From NCBI GenBank assembly GCA_022605425.2, contig JAKIMF020000004.1, positions 186,001 to 250,000 of the forward strand: 64,000 nucleotides of DNA, in the 5' to 3' direction. The position numbers and the translations under genes were made by a program. The stretch comes from Hamiltosporidium tvaerminnensis FI-OER-3-3. Taxonomy: Eukaryota > Fungi > Microsporidia. Shown here one piece after another: positions 25,212 through 38,617 of this stretch. Under the pieces are notes generated by a model, which was not told the DNA's origin, made no database searches, and saw only the letters and a list, made by a program, of their open reading frames with translations. Each line of letters starts with the position of its first letter. Within the stretch, counting starts at the first letter, position 1.

Positions 25212-25938
25212 GGTGGAGGAAGGATAACCACATAAAAAACTTTCTGCTTGGCAATGAGTATGTGAAACTGTTGTGAGATCATTGTTTGGATTTTTGATGG
25301 GAATAAAACCACCCTAGATCTTCGATCGTTCCCGGGAGTATTTATGAGGAGGAGAGGTCTAAGAAATGGAGAAACTTTTTCTATAATTTATTTGTAGTTT
25401 TTTATGTAACCAGATTGCAGACCGCAGCTGAACATGTAGGTAATTGCCATGTAAAAACATGGAAACCTAACCTTGCTCACCTGGTTAGAAAACTTAGCGT
25501 CTGGGAGATATAAAAATAGAAACCATTAAAAGCCGGGAAAGCTAAGTAACAGGTTATACCTGTTGGTATGACATTGCACTGTCTAGGTGGACCTCATGTA
25601 AATCTCTTAAATATATCTTAGCTAGAAGTTTATTGGGGTCAGAAAGTGTAGAGTAAGTGGGAATGCTGCATAGTCTTGGGGGAGCCCAGGGGGAACTTCG
25701 GCCTTCGATCACACTCCATGTGACGGACATTAACGAACTCTGGGCAACTGCTTTTCCCTATTATTTAGGTTCTAGACACCTGGTAGATGAAAGGCTTTGG
25801 GACGTAGGTATCGCAGGGGTTACTGATGGAGTTTTGGGGTAGCAGTTATTTATGTTCAACCTAGAACTGCGTTAATGTCATAAAAACAAATATAACACTT
25901 GCCACTATTTTAAAAAAGATGTGATACTTTTAAATAAA
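25212..25938 (+). mobile_element. Family-A structured repeat, full length
   Basis: Reverse-complement match to 19400-20122, from GGTGGAGGAAGGATAACCAC to TTTTAAATAAA. Confidence 0.85.
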
Positions 25939-26585
25939 CTCAAGCAAATATGATTGACACATGTTTAAAATAAAGATCTATGAAATTTATTATTTTAAAT
26001 TATGTTACATTTCATTTCTATAGTTGTTAATAAATTCAAATATTTTGTAGAAATGATTAAACTGGTATTTATATATGTTAATTTACAAACATTTTTCAAA
26101 ATAATATCTTCTGGTCTGAAAGTTTATTCATATATCAAATTGAGATAATATCTTTTTGAAAAATTATCCAAAATTTTAATTGAAGTCGATTTCGCACATA
26201 CAAAATAACTTTTAAGTACATATAATGCTCTCGATGTGAGTAAATTATCTAATTCATGTTTTTTACATTGCAAAAAATATTTTGTTCTTGATTTTTATCT
26301 AATTTATGAATATTTCAGGGCAAAAAATAAGTAATTAGTTTGAGAAATTTGCAAAATTTATATTTTAGCGTTTGTAGTTACAAACTTATCTTTTACTTTT
26401 TAAGATTTAAAGTTGGGTTTTTACCAATATTATAAACAATTTGGAATAAAATAATAGATATCTCTTCTTAAAAACCTAACGTAAAAAATAACAATTATAC
26501 AAAAAAAACATAATTCTTCTGACCCAAAGAAACTATAATTATAAACTAAAGCACATAAAAGCAAACTAAACTTTATTAGTTGAAA

Positions 26586-26828
26586 TCATGGTAAACCAAT
26601 GCCAGTGCGAGAATATCCTCCCGCAGCATAAGGGCCTAAATGATCAAAAGGTGATACTAACGCTTTTGGCCCTAACCCATAAAAACCTCCATACAATTGA
26701 CTTCTACCATTTGGTATATCCTCAAAGTTTTCTTTTAAATTACTAGTTTTATCAGAGGATCCATATTTTAAGCAAAGTGCGGATGCAATAGAAAATATAA
26801 AACAAAGTGCTTTTTTCATTTTAAACAT
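26586..26828 (-). CDS. Small secreted peptide precursor, paralog P1 (80 aa)
   Basis: 19-aa signal-like segment, LKENFEDIPNGR|SQ, G/P/Y-rich tail; homologous to four other loci; AATAAAG after the stop. Confidence 0.85.
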   Translation of the reverse strand: MFKMKKALCFIFSIASALCLKYGSSDKTSNLKENFEDIPNGRSQLYGGFYGLGPKALVSPFDHLGPYAAGGYSRTGIGLP

Positions 26829-26850
26829 AATTTATTCCGATTTTTTTGAA

Positions 26851-26888
26851 ATTTATATTTAATTTTGAAACCTATTTATCTCTAGATT
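26851..26888 (-). promoter_or_regulatory. Peptide-family upstream module GATAA-GTTTCA-ATATAAAT (P1)
   Basis: Same ordered motif 15-23 nt upstream of all five paralogs. Confidence 0.65.
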
Positions 26889-29159
26889 CTACTTTGGTTG
26901 AAAAAAAGTCTTTTTATTCTTAAATTTAAGTTCTGGTGTATTCTTTTTCCATATATAAAACATTAAAAATTTCATTTTCAGGATTTAATCGCAGATATGA
27001 ATGTTGAAACAATTATTTCAATTTTTTAATTTAAAGTATTAAATTTTTCTATTCGTTCAATTCAAAACAACAAGAACATGTTTCCTTTCTAAAGAATAAA
27101 GAAATATATAATCTTTGAACATTTTTTTACAGACTCAAATTCCGAATACATCGAACTCATGATAATATTCATCATAGCACAAAGTATTCTATCTAATGGA
27201 TCATAAAAGAAAGATAACGATTTGAGAACCAATTATAAAACACACAAAAAATTGACTTCTATTATCTATAAAATATGTAATTTGCAACTTTATTCTTAGA
27301 TATTTTTATATTAAATTACACTATTTTTTTCAAATAATAATTTTAATAGAAATATACAACACTAGTAGATCTTACTTATCCATGCATTTTCTTAATTGTA
27401 ACCATATTAAATTTATTAAAAAAAAAATACTATCATTAGTTAGCAACAGCTAAAATCGCTATTATAACTTTATTTTCCATTTTCAATGCAATAAATAAAT
27501 GAATGAATTTATAAAAAATAAATTACTTGTAAAAAATAAAATCAAAAATGTAGAAACAAATTATGATGAGCTGAATACAAGTAAAAAGTCAGTGCAAAAA
27601 TAAAAAAAAAACTTATCGGATGATCCAAATATTATCTTTCATGACACAAAAAAAAAACACATTCACCACCAAGTCAAACAGAAATCTAAACCAAGTTGCG
27701 AATTAAATATAATACCTTCGAACAAAACACTACCTCGATCTTAAGTAGTAGAATCTGTTTACGAGTCCTCGAAAAACTATCAAACCTTAATATTGTAGCT
27801 TCTCTTCAAAAGCGGATATCGAAGTGTGAATCATAATCAATTTTTTTTAGCTTACAGGTGGAATGACTTGGCTTCTTTTTTAATATAAATATGGCTAAGA
27901 GAATACACATAAAAAACGCATCAGAGTTTTTTTGTACTTCGATCAGAGAATTTACATGCAATCATATACTTATTATCTTATTCCCGTTCTCTCTTACCTC
28001 TCGGTGTCGAGGGGGAACAAATGAAAAAATTATAGTTGCCTATTTTAATCTGTTAATACTCGAGATTATAGGCGGTTAGCCTATAGATTAAGTATGCTTA
28101 TATGCCACCAAAATGTCAACAATCGATTTCAAACAATTCTACAGATTCATTGCAAGCAGATGGTTTCTAATATAGTTAGTCCTCATTCAACGGCAATTAT
28201 AGTAGCAATACATTAAAACGAATCACGGTGCAAAATAAGGTCGATAAACGAACGAGAAAGAGAACAAAGGAAAACGATTTAGAATCGCCTAAGGACACAT
28301 CGAGGTATATTATTTGGCCAAAGAATTGGGGCATGTCTTGATATATAAGTATTTATGTATTAATTAAAAAATCTCGATTAGGAAACGTGGAGAATTTTAT
28401 TTTAAACTAAAACATAAACAATTTGTTTGATTGTGAAATTTTAGAGCCAATTAATCAAAAATCAGGAGGTTTTTTAGAAGTAAATTTTCTTTGTATATTA
28501 TAAAGAGAGAATATTATACAGGCTGCATTTAGTTTATGGCGAAGCAAACAAAAGAAAGTATAAAATAAAATTATAAGCAATAAATTTCAAAGAGTTTTCT
28601 GGAATTTTGTAGACAAAAGAGGCTAAATACTTCTAAAATGATGAGCTTTGGGAAAATCATGTGTGCTTTTAAATTCAACTAACAACCTAAGGATTTAATC
28701 TAAATTATTTTTAGTAAATATAGTAAAAAATTTCTTTCGCAAAGATGATTTAATGTATTTTTTTGAACTCAATTTGGAAAAAAGCTGTATATTTTAGCTC
28801 TTGCGAGATAGTATTTATCTGGGGTTGGTTATGGTTTTATATGGCTGGTTAATACGTTAATTTTTAATTTCAAGCCTATAGATTTTATGTAAAAAATATT
28901 AAAGAATAATATGAATAATTGCGTAACATGAGTATACAATGCCATTAAGACCAAATGCTTCATAAAGTATGGTTTTTTTCGATTGAAAGTATGTAAATAT
29001 ATTTAATTGTCATCTTGGTTGGTAACTTACCAGAATCGTTACTTCAGTATTTTCTTCATAATGGCTTACTACCATGCTGCAATATCTTTATATAATGTCA
29101 ACCCATTCCGTACCCATATTTTTTAAAAATCCATAAAAAGCTTTGAAATTATTTCATAT

Positions 29160-30790
29160 GCCAGTTCTATTAAAAAAATCATTTAGCCACTCTAATTCAT
29201 TTCTTAATCCATTTCTTGATCGTTTAATATTTTTCGTATTTCTTTTTTTATATTTTAGGAAATAGAAATAACTAAAAAAAGAAAAAAAATGTTATTAAGA
29301 AGTTAAAACAAAAATAAACATAGAAAAACATAAATTTTGAAGATATAAACCATTAATCTTAAAAATTAAAGTTTAATCATTCATATTTTTGTCAGGATGA
29401 GGTAATTCATTATAATAATACTTCTTAATACAATTTTTGCAAACAATATGTTGTGTGCCCCTTACATTCTATTAAAAAGGCAGCATTGTCATCGTAAGCA
29501 ACAACTTTTAAAAGTTTTTCCTCATAGGAGCTAACCATTTTGCTTTTTTTTCGTCCTTAGATTGTTCTCGAAATCTCTCTTTAGTGTCAAACATCACCAG
29601 GATTCGATTTTAAACGAAAAAGGTGTACATCCGTATCATTTTTCATACGAGGTAAAAATTTGTCTCGATATTTAAGTTAAACTGTTGGAAGCTATCAATT
29701 TTATTGGATACTTTATTCTCAAAGGCTACTTGATCCTCATCAGATGGCATTTCCATGTTCTGAAATGTATTTTCAAGAAATTCATTAAATCCGAGCTTGA
29801 GGAATATTCTTTATAAATAGCATCTTCTTCATATTTAACTGCAATTTTGTCTTTACGACCTCTAAATACTTCCATTGGAGTTATCCTTATTGCACTGCTC
29901 TTGGGTTTGATTTAACCATGTACGATTTTCTTATATAAATCGATTCATCTTTTTTGGCTTGATATTCTTAAATTTATAGCAAGCTTGCGTATGGTTGTAT
30001 GGTTGCATCCCATAACTTTCGCTTGATTTTTTGGGTACTTTGCCCGTTCCATAATAAACGATATTTTTTGCTCAACACGTATTCTTTTTATTCGTTCGTT
30101 TAAAAACTCTTTTAATTATCTGTTTGTAAAATTCTAGGCGCGCCTTCAAGAAAAATAGGATTTACAGGCTCGTTTACAACACAGGCTGCTGACTTATTTT
30201 GCAATCGTACTCAAAATAAAACTTATAATATTCATTTAAATGTGTAAAATCGACCCATGACCTCATTATCTATGCAGTATTTCCGCATATCAACAAGATC
30301 TATCTGAATTCTTTCCCATAGATAATTTCCAGTTTTTGTCTGAATTGCATCGTTTCGCTCAAAAACTTATAATAATGGCAATCTTGGCAGGTTTTAAAGA
30401 ATAGTTCTGTTTTCTATCGCTAAATCCGCAGTAGCTTCTTGCAGTTTCCTCGTAATTGCTTTTATATCAATATAATCAAGTGGATGTATAGAAGCAAACA
30501 GTTGGCTTGCGTTTCTGCACAGTCATTTGCTTTAACTTCTTTAATAATATTTTTAAGACACGTCGTACATGACTTGGCGTTTTCAATGTATATATCACCT
30601 ACTCGTTTTAAATATCATCTTTTCTGATAGCGAATCATATTGGATGGTAACTTTCTTGAAATTTTAAAGTTTTTTAAGTCTTATAATTCCAAATTAGTCA
30701 CAATTCAGCTAATTTTGATAAAAATTTTTACTTGTTGAAAATAAATACATTTTTTCGCATCTAAACATGGATATAAACAAAAAAATCGGC
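29160..30790 (-). mobile_element. Decayed rve/DDE integrase-type transposase (Ginger2/KRBA2-SCAND3-like), relic 2
   Basis: Minus strand reads LWERIQIDLVDMR (~30285-30323), TDN..EF (~30110) and R.KYP.NQ (~30035); homologous to 23300-24920. Confidence 0.6.
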
Positions 30791-31215
30791 TCCTCATTAT
30801 CAGAAAGTATACTTTAAACAATTCATTTACTTAAAAGCATTTTTTATCGTTTTAATATATGAGTGGGAGATAAGCATTGTGTCTAACATAAAGTTATAAA
30901 ATTTATGTAGACAGAAAACTTGCCCGAGCTGGTTTATTTCCCTGCGGAGTTATATGTTTTTACTCAGAAAAGATCGGGATAGGTCAAATACCTGTGTTTT
31001 GACCCCAACCCTAATTTGACCACAGAAAGTAGAATAAGTTTCGTTCAAAATGAAGTGGAAGGCAAGTTTTTCTGGCCTAAAATCAATTAGAAGCAGATAA
31101 AAGCATAAAAATAGCAAAATAGTGTTATACTATATTTTAAGTAAATTACATTATAAGAAAAAAAGAAATGAAATTACTTTTTATCTTAAGAACATTAAGG
31201 CTAATAACAAGTAAC

Positions 31216-31936
31216 TTTGTTTAAAAGAAGCACATCTTTTTAAACAGTGGCAAGTGTTATATTTGTTTTCATGACATTAACGCAGTTCTAGGTTTAACAT
31301 AAATGACTGCTACCCCAACACTCCATCGGTAACCCCTGCGATACCTACGTCCCAAAGCCTTTCATCTACCAGGTGTGTAGAACCTAATTAATAGGCGAGG
31401 CAGTTGCCCGGAGTTCGTTAATGTCCGTTGCATGGAGTGTGATCGAAGCCCTCCCCCTGGGCTCCCCCAAGACTATGCAGCATTCCAATTTACTCTACAC
31501 TTTTTAGCCCCAATAAACTTCTAGCTAAGATATATTTCAGAGATTTACATGGGGTCCACCTAGACAGTGCAATGTCATATCAACAGGTATAACCTGCTAC
31601 TTAGCTTTCCTGGCTTTAAATGGTTTTTTGTTTTGTATCTCCCAGGCGCTAAGTCTTCTAACCCGAGTGAGCAAGGCTAGGTTTCCAGGTTTTTACATGG
31701 CAATTACCTACATATTTTGCTGTGGTCTGCAATCTGGTTACGTACAAAACTAAAACTAAATTTGTAGAAAAATTTTCGCCATTTCTTAGACCTCTTCTCC
31801 GCATAACAACTCCCATGGAACGACCGAAGATGTAGGGTGGTTTTGTCCCACCAAAAATCCAAACAATGATCTCACAACAGTTTCACACACTCATTGCCAA
31901 GCAGAAAGTTTTTTATGTGTGTTATCTTCTTTCTAC
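31216..31936 (-). mobile_element. Family-A structured repeat, full length
   Basis: Direct high-identity match to 19400-20122. Confidence 0.85.
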
Positions 31937-34577
31937 ATAACGTTATGAATTATATAATTATTGAAATTTAAAAAAAAATTTGAGAGGCAAGCCAGGCTAA
32001 AAAATCTTTTAACTCACAGATAATATACTATCATAATCCAAAATTTCTTTATCTTAAGACCGGAAACCCTTAAATAATACTCAAAAGCATTCTAAGGAAA
32101 GATAGTTTATTGCCTTTTTTATACATGTTATATATCCATCTGGCGAGCCGAACCTAGAATTGAAATATAAAGGTTGGCAGCATTTTCTAATACGAGTTTC
32201 CCCATAACCAATAACCATTTTAATTATTTATCTTAAGTTTTCTGCGGTGAGTAGGGATAATCTAGCCGATATAAAGAATTAAGTAAAATCTTCTTGTTCA
32301 GGGTAAACTTAGAATTAAAAAACCAGCTACTTACAATACGTGTTATGAAGCCTGCTATTTTTATAGAAGAAGGCAACTATTTAAACATTTGGAAATATTA
32401 GAAGATAGAAAAAAAAACATGAGGTACATTCACGGAAGTTAAAATTAATTTACTTTAACTTAGAGAACTTTTTTTGCCAAATCAATTCCTGCAATTTTTA
32501 GACATCCGATATCGTTTTTTAATCATCGGATAGGAATAATCGGGCTTTAGGCGCAAATCTCTTCGAGTTAGAAGCCAAGATATATGTCGTTAAGTGAAAA
32601 ATAAGACAATACAGACTAGGTTATAAGAAAGCGCCTATCTGCACTTTTGTCAGAAATTCTAAGAAATTTTCATTGTGGCGAGCAGCAAGTGAACACATGA
32701 TTTTGCAATTCTTTGATTGCTTGAGAATAAATATCTATCATATAAAAAACAAAATTGGCGATCTAAATCATAATGAAACATGCCCGCAACTATAAAATCT
32801 TAGGTTCCGCAAAATATACATTAGAAAGGTTTAAGAAGAGAGAAATTTTTCAAAATAAATAAATTAGACAATTTAAATATCGAAATAGAAATCAGAAAAT
32901 TACATTTAAAGCTATATAATGCCAAAAAAAGGATTTGGTAGCTGATGGTGATGCTTATAATTGGCATGTTAAAGGTTACATCAGGCCTCATTACGAGCGA
33001 GTTGGCTATTACATATAAGATAAAAATATATTTCGAGCTACAGGGTGAAATGTCAATGCTGTAAAAGCTCTTGAAAATCGGATGAGCATTTGACGATTAG
33101 GTGTTAAAAAATTCCAGATCTGTGTAAAAAAAGACTTCAAAACGATGTCTTAGTTAAACACATACATTTTTTTAACCACATAACTTCACGTAAGCAAAAA
33201 AAATAAAGTAATTCTGCATGTGAAATCTTATAAGACTGGTACGGAATAAGAGGCAACACTAACATAAAAATCGATGTCAAATATCCTGATATCGGATCAG
33301 TAATTTGTATTTTGAATAGGAAACTGAATATGAATATACTAATTGAAAACGGAATAAACCTAATTTGATTCTTTGTAGACCGCACCAACGAGATAGCTAA
33401 GGTAGTACGAATTATTTTCAATGCAATGAATTTTATTTATAAGTTAAATATAGATATAATTACATATGTTCGGACCGGGGATGGTTTAGGGGGGGATAAA
33501 CCAAATGCAATCTCAAAATCTAAATATGAGCATTAAAACTGGCCTGAAATTTGAGAGATCTTACTCAAAAACAGTTTTAAATCTTTATTTGATCGACGGA
33601 AGATTAAATTATAAAAATATCGATCGGGCTGCGAAAAAGCGTCATATGACGTCATATAAGAAGCTGAGAGAGAAGAGCAATTCATGCCACTACTATATAT
33701 GTGTACCAATGAGTTAGAAGGTCTCGATTGAACAAACGGTAAAGTTAATGTAATATAGATGGATAAAATAAAAGGAATAAATTCATATACTTAAAATCTA
33801 GAAAATGATTCACTTTAAAGAATTGATATAATAAAAAAGGAGTAAAAACTTGGGTAAACTAAATGAAAACAATCGGGAAATAAATCGGATCTAAAATTCT
33901 TTGCTTTTTGTAAAAACAACAGTCACATATGGATTAAAAATAAAATATAATTTTTTTTGAAATATCAAGCAAATTTATTTTGAAAGATTGTCAAAGAGTT
34001 ACAACCATCTTGCTGAATTACTCAATTAATTTAAAAATTTTTAATATTTAATTTTTCTAACTTTAGTAAATAAACAGAGTTAAATCAAAATTTATATTAA
34101 ATATCCATTAGTAATGTACCTTAATATGATTCGAAACAACAATATTAAATTATTAAAAGATTTTTTACGTTTTCTGGATTTTTACACATACAAAATACTT
34201 TTTATCAGTTTGAAAAATCACAATATAATTTGCTCCTTAAATATATTCTTATTCTATTATATTTCAAATAGTAAATACCTTTATTATTCTTTTAAAGTTT
34301 TCATATTTTGGTTAAAAAATTTGTTTATGGTTTTGTAATTTAAATTTATCTATATATTTTAGGGTTTCGTAGTCTATTTTTTTAATTTTTAAGGTTCGAT
34401 CGTTTTTGGTCAAATATAGCTTTTTCCAATTTGAATAAGTGTTTTAATCAAAAAAAGTCATGTATGAAGCAACAAAATTCAATTGAACAAAGACAAAAAG
34501 GTTTTTTAAAAATACGATGAAAATTTAATAATATATTCCAAACATGTAAAATCAAACATGAGCTTTATTGCTATAAA

Positions 34578-34828
34578 TCATGAAAAACCCAAACCCGTAT
34601 GAGGATATCCCCCCATGCCATATGGATCAATTGTTGAAGTTTCGTAAGGCGAGACTACCTTTCTTGAGCCTAAACCAACATACTTCCAAACAATTGACTC
34701 CTACCGTTTGGAATATATTCTGGGTTCTCTTTTAAACTATTCGCATTTCTCGAAGCCCTATAATATTTGTTGCAGAATGTAAATGCAATATAAAATATAA
34801 AATACCATGATATTTTCACTCTAAAAAT
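34578..34828 (-). pseudogene. Peptide precursor paralog P2, frameshifted
   Basis: ATT at the homologous start position; 1-nt loss at ATG-TT-GGT (~34677); the restored frame reads ..IPNGRSQLFGSM(F)GLGSRKVVSPYETSTIDPYGMGGYPHTGLGFS*. Confidence 0.8.
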
Positions 34829-34849
34829 AATATATTTTGTTAATTTTAA

Positions 34850-34888
34850 ATTTATATTTAATTTTGAAACTAATTTCATCTTTTGATT
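34850..34888 (-). promoter_or_regulatory. Peptide-family upstream module (P2)
   Basis: aaatttatatttaattttgaaac is identical to the P1 upstream sequence. Confidence 0.65.
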
Positions 34889-35117
34889 TCATTCTAGTCG
34901 AAAAAAGGAATATTGGAATAAATATGTTCTCATATATTCTTTATTTTATATAAAATATACTTAATATTTTTCTAGACCGAATGAAACTTATGAATGATGA
35001 AACAGTTATCTAGAAACATGTTTTTAATTTATTTAATTTTTAATAATAAAACTTGACTAAGCTAAGATTTTTTAAAATTTAAGAAATTTGTTACTTAGAC
35101 TTTATTTTTTGTTGAGA

Positions 35118-35366
35118 TTAGGGAAAAGCTGAACCTGGAAGATAATATCCACCATGAGCATAAGGACCCGTGCTTAATGGATCATAAGGCGATGTAAAAG
35201 GTTTCGAGCCCACTTCTAGCATACCTCCAAATAATCTACTTCTACTTACAGGAATATCTTCAGGTGCCGCCTTTAATTTGTTTATAATATTGAGTCTATG
35301 TCCTTTTTTGCAAAATGATAAAATGATGTAAAATATAAAATACAAAAAATTTATTTTCATACACAT
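35118..35366 (-). CDS. Small secreted peptide precursor, paralog P3 (82 aa)
   Basis: Signal-like segment, LKAAPEDIPVSR|SR, PYDPL..GPY..GGY; AATAAAG after the stop. Confidence 0.85.
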   Translation of the reverse strand: MCMKINFLYFIFYIILSFCKKGHRLNIINKLKAAPEDIPVSRSRLFGGMLEVGSKPFTSPYDPLSTGPYAHGGYYLPGSAFP

Positions 35367-35380
35367 ATTTGCTCATTCCT

Positions 35381-35415
35381 ATTTATATTTAAATCTTTTT
35401 GAAACAAATCTTATC
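35381..35415 (-). promoter_or_regulatory. Peptide-family upstream module (P3)
   Basis: atttatat..tgaaac..ttatc on the + strand. Confidence 0.6.
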
Positions 35416-36164
35416 GTTGTCAAATAACCGATAAAAATGAACTATCTTAAGTTTGATTTTCAGGTTTTCTATTTAAAACATCGATTATTCTATCTCGTGT
35501 ATTCCATAAAAATTTTATAATAAAATTAGCTTATTGTCATTAATACTTTATCTTTCTATTTGTATCAATCTGAACAAAAAACCTCGATATTTATGAAATA
35601 TATTATTGTATGTGTAATTCTAATTTGTTTTCATTGAAAGAAGTTGTTAAAAACAAAAACCAAAGTTAAATTTTTGTTAGAAAAAGAAGATCTAGCATAT
35701 AAGATGTCAATAAAATGTTTATATACTATAAGCCCGGTTTTCTTTATCATCTTGAAAACACCGTTTTTAATTTATTCAATATCTCAAATTTATTTTAGTT
35801 CTATTTCTCTATTTAGAACACCATATGTTTCACAATATAAATACATCTGCCAATGAAGATATTACACCCTTCTCTTTTTTAAACTTATTTGCTTCCATTT
35901 TTTTATCGTTTCTCATCTATTTTATAACTCATTCTACTTCGGATTTGAGTTTTATCTTCGTTTAAAAAATGAATATTTTGAAAAGAACATTATTTAAAAT
36001 TTACAATTTTGCACATAAAACAATCTAAACTCAAGCTTATGAAATATATAATAGCATTATTAATGAAATAAATTGATTGTATGTACAATCTTTATTTATA
36101 ATAAATAAATCGAGACTTTAAAAAAATGTGAAAATATTAATCAAACTAGACTTTATTATTGAAA

Positions 36165-36413
36165 TTATGGTAAAAAAGTACCTGGTCCGTTTCTAGAATA
36201 TGGATATCCACTGCCAGTACCCAAAGAGCCATAGGGCCGCCCCAATGGTGTTGGACCTAATCCATTCAAATCCCCAAACATTTGACTCCTACCGTTTGGA
36301 CTATCCTCTGAATTCGCTCTCAAGTTACTTCTTTGATACGCACCAGCATTTTTATTACAGCATATATATGTAATGTAAAATAAAAAACACAATAAACATT
36401 CCATTCTAAACAT
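36165..36413 (-). CDS. Small secreted peptide precursor, paralog P4 (82 aa)
   Basis: Signal-like segment, LRANSEDSPNGR|SQ, GLGP..L.RPY; AATAAAG after the stop. Confidence 0.85.
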   Translation of the reverse strand: MFRMECLLCFLFYITYICCNKNAGAYQRSNLRANSEDSPNGRSQMFGDLNGLGPTPLGRPYGSLGTGSGYPYSRNGPGTFLP

Positions 36414-36434
36414 ATTTTCTTGGATTTTTCATGT

Positions 36435-36473
36435 ATTTATATTTTATTTTGAAACATATTTTATCTTTTGATT
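36435..36473 (-). promoter_or_regulatory. Peptide-family upstream module (P4)
   Basis: atttatat..tgaaac..ttatc....gatt on the + strand. Confidence 0.65.
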
Positions 36474-38617
36474 TTCTTCTGGTCAAATCGTCAGGATGAA
36501 ATTAAATTATGTTTTTCCTGATAGGCTCTTTTTCATGTACTAAACAAAAAACATTCTATCTTTTAATTTAATCAGAGTTGGGAATGCCAAAAAAAAATTA
36601 AAAATTATTTGTCCTTAGATATTTTGATACCAAATATGGAAATCCCATATAACTTTTTTTTAGACTAATAGGATGTATAGAGTTAACACAACATTAATGT
36701 AAATAACAGAAAAATTCATCATAGATGGCTTTATTATATTGATATCTATCAGATATTTAAAGTTGTTAAAGGTGTATCATAAAATGATGGCAATTTTTGA
36801 AACTGTTACTAATATCACCATACATTTGAATTCGATTATTTGAAATATATTACGGCTTACGATATTACTGCTTTCTCTTCGAATTCGATAACTCTTAAGA
36901 CAAATATAGGAGCAACATGAAGAATACGGCCTTTTATTCAAAACATAAATTTCTTAGGTTTCCTTACATTTAAATTCATTTTTAAATGCAAATTTTGCAG
37001 ACAAAATATAATTTGCCACAATCAATTAGGGGAAGTTAAAAACAAAAATACAAATCCGTGATGATGGTGTACACATATTTGTTTCTCGTAAGAAAGACAT
37101 TTGCTGACATGAGATTGAATTTAAAACGTATAAAAAAATAAATTTTCTTGCAGTTTTGCCATATCAATGTTGATTGAAACAATATCTTTGTAACCGAATT
37201 AACTTATAATATTTAACTACCGCAAAATTATACTAAAATTCGAAATTTCTTATTTCTTAGCTTTTTTTGTTGTTAAAGCATACTACTTTATATTTATATT
37301 TTTAGTATTTGTTACATTGTTTTTGGTTGCTAATTTTGTTTAAATAAGTTTTTTGTGATTATTAATATTGAATTTTAGTTCTTTTCTTGTTAATAATCAA
37401 AATGGACAAAAAAACCATAAAAATTATATCTATTTCGGTTTAATTGCTTTATATATGAAAATATGCAATCTGAAAGAATATGTTTCTTATATAGAATTTA
37501 GTAAAGTTTAGATATAAATTTGTTTTTTGAAATAACAAACTTGGTTTGGCCATTAAAAGAGGTTTTTAACCATTCCATCGACTATGAAATGATTCTTAAC
37601 CTCTTGTATATATTATTGCGAATTCATTATGAAATTATCAAAAAAAGTATAGGTTCTCTATGAAAGAGTAGGTTAGTTCTAAACATATTTTTATACATAG
37701 TTTAGTAAAACTGGTTTTTTACGATCATGACCGAGTAAGGAAAAAAACTATATGATTTTCCAACATAAAAATGAAAAAAAACGTTATATTACAGAGAAAA
37801 CATTGACTAAATATATTTTGAATTCTATAAAAAGCCTGGGAATGATCTTTGTATGCGCAAGCGAAATAGCATAGAAATTTTAAGACTTTAAAGTAGCGAA
37901 ATATTATATTAGGTTCTAGTCGTTTCAACTTTTTTTTTTACCTAAACTAAATAACTATAGTATTTTTTATTCCAGTATTTTGGTTATTTAACAAATCTAT
38001 ATATGATATCATAAATTTGACTTAGTGAAATTGATTTTTCCACTTTTTTCGTTTGTTTTTAATAAATACCGAACAAACATTCTTTTAATATTGTTCAAAC
38101 TTAGTCTAATGGGCTATTTTAACCCATTCGAAAATACAAGCTATTTACAAGACACGATAGTGGTTTAACCGTCATCGTAAATAATTTCAGTTTAGCCATC
38201 ATATCCAAGTAATATAAGAAAATGGTTTTATTTGCATCTTAGTTAGCATTTTATAAGTTCGGTTGGTAAAATATTTAATTAAAAATTATTTTTTTGATCG
38301 GTAATATCTTATATTCGATATTATTATTTTACAGATTGCACGTTTTTATATTTTTTCTTATTTTAAATATCCATGCTGTTTAGAGATTATTCATCTAATA
38401 TTTTTATATTTTGAATCTTTTTGTTGTGATATGCTTCATTAATTTTATATCGAAAATTATATTTGATAAGAAGTTAATTTAATTTGTATAAAACGAAAAA
38501 GAATAAGTTTTGAATACCAATAGTTCAATTAGTATATAATATATAATAAAATGGTTAGGTATATAGTAAAAAAATGATCTATTTTTTTAATTTTGAACAT
38601 ATCTTTATTTACTTAAC

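Noticed and set aside
25212-25938. Family-A repeat as telomerase RNA, RNase P, group I/II intron or hammerhead
   Set aside because: No conserved template, no matching P4 partner, no domain V, and no complete CUGANGA/GAAA core found by eye
27850-29100. GC-elevated stretch, possibly a decayed transposase
   Set aside because: No motif could be read with confidence
32000-33900. Probable old TE debris with short ORFs (similar stretches at 39500-40110 and 58600-59750)
   Set aside because: Only vague motifs; the family cannot be assigned; the ORFs lack gene signals
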